Shown here in pieces: positions 24,851-39,477 of a stretch of DNA of 64,000 bases; within the stretch, counting starts at the first letter, position 1, and every line of letters starts with the position of its first letter. Both the position numbers and the translations under genes were made by a program. The stretch is from Adineta vaga. Taxonomy: Eukaryota; Animalia; Rotifera. The DNA is taken from NCBI GenBank assembly GCA_021613535.1, contig CP075495.1, forward strand, positions 10,168,001 through 10,232,000, given 5' to 3'. The notes under the pieces were generated by a model. That model made no database searches. It was not told the DNA's origin and was given only the letters and a program-made list of their open reading frames with translations.

Positions 24851-27800
24851 ATGACATCTTGGAATTCTTCAAGTAGTTGTCATCCATCGTCTTCACATAC
24901 AGGTATATTGCCAGCCTATGTTTATTATTATTCGTATTCTCCAAACTTATATCAATCATTTCCGTCACACGAACAATCGTATGTCATATCAGCAGAACAA
25001 AAACAATCACAACAAATAACAACCGATTATTTTCCTCATCAAAATCAATGGGATATTTCGAATAGTATTGAGAAATCTTCTTATAGAACATCCGTACCAT
25101 TTCCCAGTTTTATGACAAGGGAACGAAATCAATTCAATTTACGTACGAAGAAAAAATATCATCGTCTTGACAATCAACGATCGATACAAACATTATCGGT
25201 CGTAACACAACTCGACCATGATACAAATGAAGAATATCATTCAAATAATGATTTTTCCATAAAAAAGTTTAGCCATATTTTGAAAAATCAGTCCAAAAAT
25301 ATTACTAATGAAGAACTGACAGATATATTACATAAACTTACAAATGTGATGAAGAATTTTGAAAAACATAATCATCAAGAACAACAACATCAATTGCCTG
25401 TTCTAATCGATATTCTTAATGCACTTCTCGATGTTAATTCAGTAATGTTAACATCAGTTTCACAAAATAGTTTTTTTTCGATTTGTCAAAAATATCTGAT
25501 TAATCTACTGCAGCAATGGCATCGACTTGGATCTTTAACAGATGATGAATCTTCTACATTTCGTTCTTTGGTTAAACTAGCTAATATCTTAACCAACAGT
25601 GCTAGTCTCGTACCATCCTGGTTATCTGATTCTACACTACTTGATACAATTGCTACTTGTCTCACTGATATAGCTACCACTGGAAAATTTCTCGATCATA
25701 ACAACAAATATCATTTCAAACATTTCACTCATCTCATCGAAACTTACACTCTCTATCAACAGTATCTCAATCAACATAATCACTTCAATAAAGACACTTT
25801 CATTCAACTACTTCATCCCATTCAACAATGTCTCACTTCCAATCATTTCATCAATACATTTACAAATCTATCTACGACTTCCAATTCTCTCACCACAGTT
25901 CAAAAGTTTCTTCTTCTCAAATCTCCAGCATTTCTCACATCATACAATGGTATGACTTTCTTACATTCTCTCTAGCAACTTCGTCTACTTCTACTTAATT
26001 CGTTTAGGACCAGCATTAGAAGAAACTATGCATCAGCTTTTGTCGACCATGTTGTCACACTATGTCACCATTCTTGGTCAAGCGATGAAATCATGTGCTC
26101 ATTGGAGTCAATCAATGATTCGATGTGTCGAATCAATATTGGCAACGATCAATCATGGTACACACGAGTTTCCGAACAATGTGAAAATGATGAGTGATCA
26201 TTTAGCATTGATTGATCATGTTTTGAAACTGTTGGATGAGCCGATATTGTACAATAATGTGAATGAAACGTTGTCGAATGGCGAGACAATGTTGCTGAAT
26301 AGTGCGATGCGTTTTCTAGTGCTTATGATGAGTGAACCAAATGTACTTGCTCACATGAAAGAAAGTCATGCAGCACAATCATTTCTTCGATTGACATCGT
26401 GTAAAAACGAAGGAGTGGTGTTGAATGCATATACTCTTCTTGCCAATGCCATTCATGAAGATGATATTAAATTGATGCTGAATTTAGATCAGTTACTTGC
26501 AAAAATTATTCAATCCTTGAAATTGACACTAAAAGAAAAATCTGATAAGAAAAATCAAACAAAACAATTGCTAGGAATTCTCAAAGGTAAAAATATTTCC
26601 GAGTTGTTTAGATCAGTCTGCAAAGAGGATAGGTATCAAAGCATATTTATTTTTCTGACATATAAAAGAAATCATTGGAATTCTTTTTTGTAGGACTCGT
26701 TCAACATGATCAAATAAAGAATAAAATTAGTAAACAAAATGTACTTCCATATCTTATTAGTTTAACCAATGAATTAACAGGAAAATCACTCGTATTATTG
26801 TACGAAATCTTATGGTCTTTAACATTTTCTGAAGAGATTGCTAGCGCTTTACGTAGTAACTCGGATTTTCTCGCAAAAATTCAGAGCATTTCTTTAAACA
26901 ATAATAATGAAGCACTGAAAAAAGCAGTTGATGGACTTGTTTGGAAACTTCTAAAAGGTATGATTCATATTTATAAAATACAATACTAGTTTTTATGTAC
27001 ACTTGTATACATATTTTAGAATCGACATTTTTGCAAAAAGTAGCAGACCATGAAATCGAGACGAAAGAAACAGGCTTACAACCAGGAGATAATAAAGAAT
27101 TCATGGCAGCAGATACAACTGGTGATAGTACAACAGCTACAGAAAGATCATATCTATATGATATAATGATATCGTATTGTCATGCTGACAAAGAATTGAC
27201 CTATAAAATATATAAATTCCTCGTTGATCAAGGTTTCAAAATTTGGATTGATCTTGATAATATGTACGGACCAGGTAAAAACATCTTTCTCATTCTATGA
27301 TTAAAATACATCAACTTTCTTCATGTCATGGATTTTTAAGCAATGAATGCAATGGCAGATGCAGTGGAGAATTCAGAATTTGTAATTATGTGCATGTCAG
27401 ATTCTTATAAACAAAGTACTTATTGTCAAGCAGAAGCTGAATATGCTTTTAACTGTAAACGACGATTGATTCCATTAATCATGCGACCAGCTTATAGACC
27501 AGATGGATGGCTTGGTTTCTTAATTGGATCACGAATATATATAGACTTTGGTCGATTTGATTTTGATACTGCATGCGGAAAATTAATGAACGAAATCAAT
27601 TTGCAAAGAAAGCAAACAGTTTCGAATATACTTGTTAATTCATTAGATCATGAAAGTCCTACAGAAACAAAATTGACAATTTCTACACACCATGAAAAAA
27701 ATAGAAAATCATCGTTGAAACCATTATCTGAACAATCAACTGAAAATAAAGATATATTATCATCAGTAATCAAATCCATTCACCGAAGTAGTGATTTTCT

Positions 27801-28375
27801 ACGAAAACACATCGAACAATGGACACCATTGGATGTATTGAATTTTCTTTTGATGCATCATTTAAATAAAATAATACTATTATGCGACGAAATGAATGGT
27901 CGAGCATTAATTCAATTGTATAAAATTTGTGTAACTCATCGACTTCAAGGATATTCGGTACTTAAAGATGAACTAGAATCTGTACATAAAATACAATTTT
28001 CAATGAATATCTATTCAAGATTGTTAACAGCTATCGAAGATGCAATAAAGTCATCAGAAATATTATCCAATATAGAAAAACCAATCGCATTATTACCAGG
28101 CACCACCACTAGCACCTCCACCTCCACCACCACCACCACCCTCAACAACAACAACAACAATACCAATGATAACATTTCCACCATTGTCAATGAATGATTA
28201 TCGAATTGAAACTCCACCCATGACATTTACTCCTGCTCCAGATTTAAACAGTCCGTATGATTTTTTAGTTACTTCAAATATATCAGCTATAGAAACATTA
28301 AAAGTAGTGGAAAAACATGGTTCTCAATTAAACATTCTTGATCGTCTTCGTTATCGAATCTTAAATGTGTGCTGA
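24851..28375 (+). CDS. ARM-repeat + TIR + SAM-like gene, copy 2 (tandem paralog); +1 frameshift near 28100 upstream of the conserved C-terminal tail
   Basis: Same exon structure as copy 1 (~24851-25949, 26008-26586, 26694-26958, 27020-27274, 27341-28375); TIR YDIMISYCHADK..YCQAEAEY; SAM-like WTPLDVLNFL..MNGRALIQL. Confidence 0.85.
25623..26449 (+). repeat. Near-identical ~826-bp direct repeat (copy B)
   Basis: Matches 21308-22134. Confidence 0.95.
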
Positions 28376-28613
28376 ATGTTCTATGTACTCCTTTGTTGAA
28401 ATTTTTTCTATTTTAATGTTAAAATGTAATTTTTTTTTCTTTGATTAAAAGAGTTTGATACAGCATAAAAAGAAGAAGAAGAAGGTAAAAACGAGAGAAG
28501 AGAATTTTGTCAGCAAACATACAATCAAGATGGATAACAAGCAAGGATTGTTCGATAATAAATAAATCATTCAAATAACGAATTTTTTTTATATAAAAAA
28601 TGATTACTAACGA

Positions 28614-31067
28614 TTAGCATTTCACATTCCATTTACGTAGGCAACAATCATTACCACCGGTAAGTAATGTATCATTATCAAGCCAAGCTAAGCATGTTAC
28701 CGGATTCAGAGGATGAGCACCTTAATGAAAAAAGATAAAGAACGTATAAATCAGTCTTTTTTATTATTCAAACTAATATATATATATGTACCTTTAACTT
28801 GCGTTACTTTTGTAATATTTTCAGGTTGATAAATCATTAAATGTGTATCGATAGCAACTGATGCTAATTTTTTACCATCAGGACTAAATGCAAGACCAGT
28901 TATTGTTGCTGCGTGATAACGCCACATATCTCGACTAATGGGATCAAAATTTGGTAATTGATAACAAACAATATTTTTCATATTATCAGCACAAGCAAAA
29001 AATCTTCCATCAGGTGAATAAGCAACACGTACAACAGCATCACGTTGTTCTAATATACGAAGAACTGTTAATGCAGTACCATCAACAGCAAATATACGAG
29101 TTTTACTATCCTAATAGAAATAGACAAATGACGTAGAATTGTTCTTGTTTTATCTCTTGCATTTAATTTTACCTTTCCACCAACAGCAATTTGTGTACCT
29201 TGTGGTAAAACGGCAATTGAAGTTGGTTCAAAGTCTAATGGATGTGTGATAAGAACACCTTGTTGTTCTCGATACATACAAACTGATGAACCACATACAA
29301 GAAAAACGATATTTAAGTCACTAATAGCTACATCACGTGGTTGACCAGCTAATTTCTCGACTCGACTACAAAAAAGAAAAAAAGAAAAATCGTATATTTA
29401 AATTCAAAGCAATGCAATTGAAATTTATCTATCATCTTACTCGTATGATTCCCAAGATGAGTTAAATAGACGAAGTGTATCATCAAGACCAATAGATGCT
29501 ATTAAACCACGTGAATTACTAGCTAACATTTGCACTTGATTTGTATGATTATCACCAGTAACATTGTGCATTTCTCGTCCATCAACATTCCAACGAACAA
29601 CAAGTCCATCATGACTACCACTAATAATTTTCGTACCTTGACTTTCACCACGTGCAACAGTTAAGGCAGTGATACTTTTATTGTGACCCTAGAAAGATCA
29701 TTTGTTATTGTTGAAATTAAAAAGGAAGTCAGATTTTGCAAAGAAAAATAAAAGTTACTTGAATAACACGGCTTGGTTTTGAACTGTTACGATCAAGATA
29801 TGCTATTTGACCAGCAAGTGAAATGGTAAGAATTGTGCTTCCGGACCAAAGACATCCAACTTGTTGATCTTTTAAATCTTGACCAAATGAATAAGTTCTT
29901 AAATGATAAACAAAAAGAAAGAGAAAAAAACCAATTCAATTCGGATTGAATAATTCTCAACTAACTGAACAGCTGATCCTGTTGTAACATCCCAAATCTT
30001 TGCTGTTTTATCACCTGATACTGTTAAAATATAACGACTTGTTGAATCCCAACAAAGACCATAAATTGAACCACTATGAGCAGCTGGAGCACCAATTTCT
30101 GATAAACGTTCACCTGTTTTTCCATCATATAGAAAGATCTATACACAAACAAATCGATTATCATAATCACTGAGAATACGTCTATCATCAATAAACATAC
30201 ACGTCCATCAGCAGCACCTGATGCAAATTTTTCTCCATCAGGAGAATAACGTACAACATGTACAAATTTTTCATGATCAGACATAGTTGTTTTCCATTTA
30301 AATGGTGGTCCTTCAAAATAGGAAACAGCATTATCTTCACTTCCAGTTATAGCACGAAATGGACGTGTCGATTTAAAATCAACGGAATTAATTGCTTTTG
30401 TCATTCCAGATATTTCACCAACGGAATTACCAGCATCAGCAGAAAAAACATGACCAAATCTATGAAATACGAACACAAAAATGAATGCTTTATCTCATCT
30501 TCCAATCTCTTACTTTTCTTTTCCTTCACCACCAACAATGATACGTTGATTATCCGATGTCCAAGCTAAATCTTTGATTGAACCAGAAAATGGTTGAAAT
30601 TCATTTTTTAATAGATGTTCTTTATTATCCGCACCCCAAATACGAACTTTACCATGATTATCTGTAAAAGTAGATCAACTGACTATTACGAAATCTCATC
30701 TATTTAGATAATTATGAACTTACCAGCTGAAGCAATATACGATCCACTAGGTGAATATTTCGCACATTGTACAGTCGTTGAATGTTCTGTGTAAACTTCG
30801 CATTGTGAAGGATCCTATTATAATTCATATTTCCAATCAAATACAATTTTTTCGAATAGAAACATACTTCAATATTACGAATAAAAACACTATTGCCATT
30901 TGTATACAAGAATGTCTTTCCTTTTGGATCAGCACCTAAGACAATCGGTTGACCACGAGTTGTGCGTGGTAATGATGCATAAATAGATGCTAAAAGATAC
31001 GAAAATTAAAATATTTCTTTTATCATTTAAATAACAAAGTTCTCAACTTACCAAGAGTACAACTCAT
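28614..31067 (-). CDS. WDR1: WD repeat protein 1 / actin-interacting protein 1
   Basis: [38 protein letters not shown]; [44 protein letters not shown]; many short introns. Confidence 0.95.
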
Positions 31068-31510
31068 TCTTCTATTTTCGATGAATAGTTTTGGCTATTG
31101 AAAAGAAAAATCTATCTAAAATAGATTTTTTATTTATTTGGTTATAAACTTTCAAGTAATATATGGGATTTGTTTTTCGAAATAACTTTTATTCACATCG
31201 GAAATCCAATTTGTACATATTGAAAATGAAAGATTTCATTGAAGATAGAGTTTTCTTCCTGATTAATCTTTCATATTCATTCGAATAAAATAGCTTTTCC
31301 AGAAAAAAAAAAGTTCTATCACAAAATCCGTTCTCTCCTGTTCGCTTGTTTATGACAAAAAAATAGTAATCGTAATCATATGAAAATAAATAAATCGTTA
31401 AAATACACACACACGCATATCATATACATTCTTTCTCACCAACCAAATCCCATGAAAAACATTTGATAATAGAAGATTTCCTGTATATAAATATATATAT
31501 ATGTCTAGAA

Positions 31511-33834
<2,324 letters not shown>

Positions 33835-35451
33835 TCTATTTCAAACAAAAACACAAAGAAATTACATCAGATCAATAAGTACGACGAAAATTAAAATTTC
33901 AAAAAGTAAAAAGATAAAATATGGTATGGTTAGCAGCAGTGCAAGTAAAAAGATACCTAATTAGTGATAGTTGAGTTCTTAGTAGTTCCTATATGAGAAA
34001 TTATTTGTTTTGATGACAAAGCAGTTTAGACAAACAAACAGATAAAACGAAGCATGCACTCACTCTCTTACTGCTGCTGGCACTGCTATTGTTCATGATT
34101 GTAAATCTCAGGAATGTTCGTTTAACTCAAAACTAACTCGATTTTTTTGTTTTTCTCTTCCTTGATCGGTCAGTTGCTTGAGGAAAAGTAATTGACGGAA
34201 AGATGATGATAATGAACTGATGTGATGTGGAAATATATGAATCATTATAATCTGGCATTCATTCAAGTTCCAATTGAAAATTTTTCATATTTTTTCTAAT
34301 TTAATCATTCTAGATAATGTTGTTATTTCAGTTTAGAAATAATCATTGAAATAAAGCTTATTTCTAAATTTATACAAAAAACATATTTCCTAGATGGCGC
34401 TACTAACCATCATGAAGTAAAAATAACAACATCATATTTCCTTAAAAGGTAATATTAGCTTTATTTACCATCGTCATTACATTGGAATGCAATGGTTTAT
34501 TGTTAAAAGTCATGAATATTTGACAGTAAAAAATTACCAGAGAAAAATCTATGATGAATATGTTCATTTTACTTGAAAGGCGTATTAATTAAATTGTAAA
34601 AGCATTCTATTGAGTGGGTGATTGATGAAATTTGTTTTTCCTCAATATATATTATTCAATAAAAAACTTGAATCATCATACTTAATGAGATATTTTTTGC
34701 ATGACTTCACATGCTTAATGATCACAGGATAGAGCAAAATATATGTAAGACTTATAGTAAACATGCATTGGAGGGTTGTTTACAAGGTAAATACATCTGT
34801 CTCTTTTAATGAATACGTGTGTTTCGGAAGGTAGAAAAAATGATTGGTACCAGAATGAATATATTTATACGTCACATTGTCGGGCTTTCTACTTTCTTTA
34901 CAGATCAAGCATATATCTCATGTTAAAAATGTTGAATTTTTTATGATTCTTTCCTTAAAGTTGATCATCTACAGAACTACCGGAGATGGTGAACATACAG
35001 AGATCAAAATATTGATTATCGATTAACTTATGGAAATAAGCATTACAAGATTTATACACTAGGTCAATATGCATATTGGTGTCAAACAATGACAGAATAA
35101 TCATTATAAAATATTATCTCAGATCGAATCCTTATTGAAGAAAAACAACGTCTTATATATCCAGGGCAACATTTTACGATTCAATTCAAAATTTCATCAA
35201 ACCGTATTTATTTGCTTGCATGTTTTTTTCTATCATTATCAATAAATGTTGCCGTGCAACATTTTTTCAAGGAAGTGAGCTAGATATACATGAATGTTTT
35301 AGTACAGATCTTAATTGAAATTATTAACAGCGAAAAATTTGAATTTATTCTGCTTCGACAAATCAGCAGAAAAGTAAGAGTTCGATTCCGTATAAAAAAA
35401 GTACTGGAAATTTACTGAAAAGAACAGAATTTGCCAGCTTTTATAGCATCC

Positions 35452-35691
35452 CAAGGGGGAACAAACTGATTTCTGGACTAGAAATCAATAGAAATCAGTG
35501 GAAAGCATTCAAAAGCACAGTAAAATCATTAATATTAATGTTAGAAATTAGATCTTGATTTCCAACGAATTTTATTGACTTTTGAGCAACACAAAAATAT
35601 TGATTTCTGGTCTATAAATCAACAGAAATCACTAGAAATCAAAATGTTTTTTGGAAATCAAGAAATCAAGAAATCAGTTTATTCCCCTTTG
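35452..35691. mobile_element. MITE-like non-autonomous element (~240 bp)
   Basis: 23-bp terminal inverted repeats, CAAGGGGGAACAAACTGATTTCT versus the reverse complement of AGAAATCAGTTTATTCCCCTTTG (2 mismatches); internal AGAAATCA/TGATTTCT subrepeats; no clear TSD. Confidence 0.65.
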
Positions 35692-36116
35692 TATCATCTC
35701 TATGTTTTTATGTATTTATTTTCAATGATCGACAGAAATCTTATGGATGAGTTAGAAAATAGTGACATTACAGAGATAAATAGAGATTTTAAAATTTTCT
35801 AGATATTATACTCACCAGTATGAGAATCCTTCAGTTAATAAACGCTGAGAATAAACTCGTTTGTGTCTATTTGTGAAACAGCTGACATTCGAACAATATG
35901 CAATATGAACGCTATATCAATTAAACTGACTTCTTATTCTACAAATCAAATTGTATGTAAAAATATCTTTATTCTCTCTTCTATAAACTCACAATTATAA
36001 GACAGGTCATAACAAAAGTCAAATATATACCATGATTGAAATGTTCTTGTCACTTTTCTTTTCTTCTTGTCTGTATTTGATTATATAAGCAAAGAATATC
36101 ACTTTCTAACTAACAT

Positions 36117-39100
36117 ATGTTTTTGATTATTAATTTATATTATTATTTCTTTTTGATAAAAAATAACCAATGTAAAATTATATCAACACCACCTATACAT
36201 TGGTTGAAACATTCGAATATACCAGATCTTAATCGTCGAGAATATTTCTATTTTTATCTTAAACAAGAAAATAATCAACGATTAAATCAGCATCTTCATC
36301 GTGCTTCATATCCTAATCATTATCTTTATCATCGTACAACTTGGTTAACACTTGATCAAATAACTGAAATAGTTCGACCAAATTTCATTTCTATTCAAGT
36401 ATGATTCCAAAGAAAAAAAAAGATACATTTTTGTATTTCTTTAGCGTTTATATGATTATCTTTGGAATCATCAGGTTAATATAAATGAATGTCGTCATAG
36501 TCTGGATGGAGGAATTCTTGTTTGTCCAATTGTATTATCAAAAGCAAATCAAATCTTATCAGCAAACTATCAAGATTATCGACATGTAATTAAAAATATA
36601 AATATAACTCGAACATTATCGTTTCGTTTGCCAACGTATCTAGCAAATCATATTGTTACAATTACACCAACAACAGTATTTCCTGATCTTTCATTATTCA
36701 TTAATTCTAAACTATCAAAATATATTCGAAAAAAACGACAAGAAAATGTTTGTTCATGTGAATATTATACTCGACCATGTTATTTACGAAATCAATATAA
36801 TATTTATGAATATCGTGCACATTCATCAACAAATGTAACATTAAGTATTATTGGATTAGCCAATCAATACATCAATAATGATGATACTAATTTATTTCTA
36901 AGACTAATCGATGAAAATAATGAAAAAATAAAACCTCAAGTAAATATTCTTGGTTATAATGATCCATTGAAACCAGGTCGAGAAGCTTCATTAGATATAC
37001 AATATGCATTAGCTATTGCACGTGGTGTTCGAATTCTTTTTTGGTCAATATCAGATATGAACGATCCATTTTCTGATTTTCTCTTCCAACTTGCTAATAT
37101 GAAATATCCACCGGATATTATTTCCATTTCATATGGTTTTTCTGAAACCATCAATGATTATTCATTATTTCAAAAAGCAATTAATCAAGAATTACAAAAG
37201 GCAGCTGCTAGAGGTATTACTATTATTGCTGCAACTGGAGATAATGGTGTTGGAAAAGGTAAATCATTTAGTATTGACAGAGAGAAGAAAATCTGTCCTT
37301 CTTATCAGATTAGATAGATAAAAGTTATTTTGAAAAATTCAATTACTCAATTGTAGAAAAAGAAAAGATTGACAAAAAACATCAATCAAATAACATATAG
37401 CTTCACAATTCCAACTTGATATGTAAGATAATCATTCAGATTAAAACCTTACTCAAACGCTTCTTATCCATATGTTTTGAAAACTTTCTTCGTCTATCTT
37501 CACTAATGTTTCTATATTAAACAAAATGAATTGTTACGAAAGATATTCCTATTGTATAATAAACTACTAATAACACTTGTTAATTTTAATTATTTACAAA
37601 GATAAGTGACTTATGATTAACATATCCCAAAATAGAAATAGATTTATTTACAAAAGCTTTCAGTTTTCATATAAATATTCACTTATTAGATGAGTCTTTT
37701 CAAGTAGAAATATGATCAATATTCTATAAATGATTCGTACTACTGTTAAGAAAGTTCTCCTTATCAGCAATATTGTTCACAGTTTTAAATAGTATTGTTG
37801 CTATATGAGTTCTATGTTAATTACATGTTTGTCAAAAAATATGGCGAGAAAAACAACATTCCTCAATCAAGATTCCCAACATTGTTTGTTCGCCTATTCA
37901 TATGTGATCGATTTCCTGCATATTAATCAAAACTATCTGAACTTTGAGGATAGAAATCTAATTAACTTTCTGTACTCGATAATAATATTGAACCAAATGT
38001 AAAAGAAAGAGAAATATTTAGCGTGACAGAATAGTTCAGTGTGATCGTGATCTGTGATATATAAATATAGATTTCTTTTCTGTTATCACTAACGATCGAA
38101 AATAAACCAACTAACTTCTGCGATTGTCGCGTGCAATGTCAGTTCATTTGAAAATTCTATATAAAAACTAATTTTCTCATTTGTCTCGATTCAGTTGATG
38201 AATGTCATTCATATTATGTCAATTTTCCAGCTTCATCTCCATGGGTTACTGCAGTGAGTAAGGTTTTTCTTTTAGAAATATTACTAAATGACCTTTACTA
38301 GATCGGTGGAACAATGGAATGTTTTGAACGTGGAGCTTCTTTTTCCAGTGGTGGATTCAGTGAGTACAGAAATTCATTATGTTTTCATCTCAGCATATAG
38401 ATTGATTTCATCAGGTGCATATGATTCACAACCAATTTATCAGCAGAATGCTGTTTCACATTATTTAAAAACTTATCAAAGAATATTACCGCGATTAGAT
38501 CTGGATAGCAAAGGGAGAGCAGTACCAGGTATGAAAAGCTAAATATATATTGTAGAACCGATTTAAAATCTGATGGGTTTCTGTTTACATCTTATCGGAT
38601 GCTATGCTATAAAACCAAGATGACCTTGTCGAAAAAGTTAATTAAGGAGAAAAAAATTAAATTGCGTGGAAAACCTTCTAAAGTCATATCTTATGCATGC
38701 TATTTATTCACGAAATGCTACATAGTATCTTTATAATGAAGAAATTAGATATTTTTTTAAAAGACCTTTTTATATTACAGATGAGCTATTCATGTTTCCT
38801 ATGATTGAAATAACATAGGCATGTTTTTCTTCAGATTATAATATTTACAATATCTTCATTAGCCTTTTATGTTGCTTTATATTATAATATACGCAGATGA
38901 GTACAATGAACTTTCTTTCACAAAAAAAGAACATTTTCTTATGAATCAACTTATAAAATAAGACTTTAAGTTGTTTTTCTCAAATTATTTCATTAATAAA
39001 CTATAGTAGAACAGTCTAGTCTATAAATAATAACTCTTTATATTGAATAGTTTCTTTTCCATCAAAAATATTTCCAAATCTATATTCAGATAAAACTTTA

Positions 39101-39477
39101 TAACCGAATAACAATAATTTTGTTTAACATCTTTCGTTTTGTATATAGATATATCTTTACATGCAACACGCTATTTAAATGTTGTCAATGGTATAATCAA
39201 ATCCACTACAGGCACGTCAGCTGCAGCACCAACATTTGCATCTATGATCGCTTTATTAGATGATTATCAACTTCGACATAATCGTAAAAGACTTGGTTTT
39301 TTAAATCCACTTCTTTATCAATATGCATCTGATCTGTTCTATGATATAACTCTTGGTTATAATTCCGATTGCAATACAACTGGTTTTCGAGCAAGTTTAG
39401 GTTGGGATCCAGTAACTGGTTTAGGTACACCATCATTTACTCGATTTCAACGAGTACTCGATAAAATGCATGCTTAG
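36117..39477 (+). CDS. Sedolisin (S53) tripeptidyl-peptidase I-like serine-carboxyl peptidase with signal peptide and prodomain
   Basis: Catalytic EASLDIQY (Glu/Asp), ISISYG, oxyanion ATGDNG, NFPASSPWVTA, FSSGGF, GRAVPD, GTSAAAP (Ser), LGFLNPLLY, Ca-site GWDPVTGLGTP; about 6 exons. Confidence 0.9.

Noticed and set aside
35150-35175. LIYPGQ resembling the end of a LysM domain
   Set aside because: The upstream LysM pattern (Y.V..GDTL..IA) is absent; six residues are insufficient
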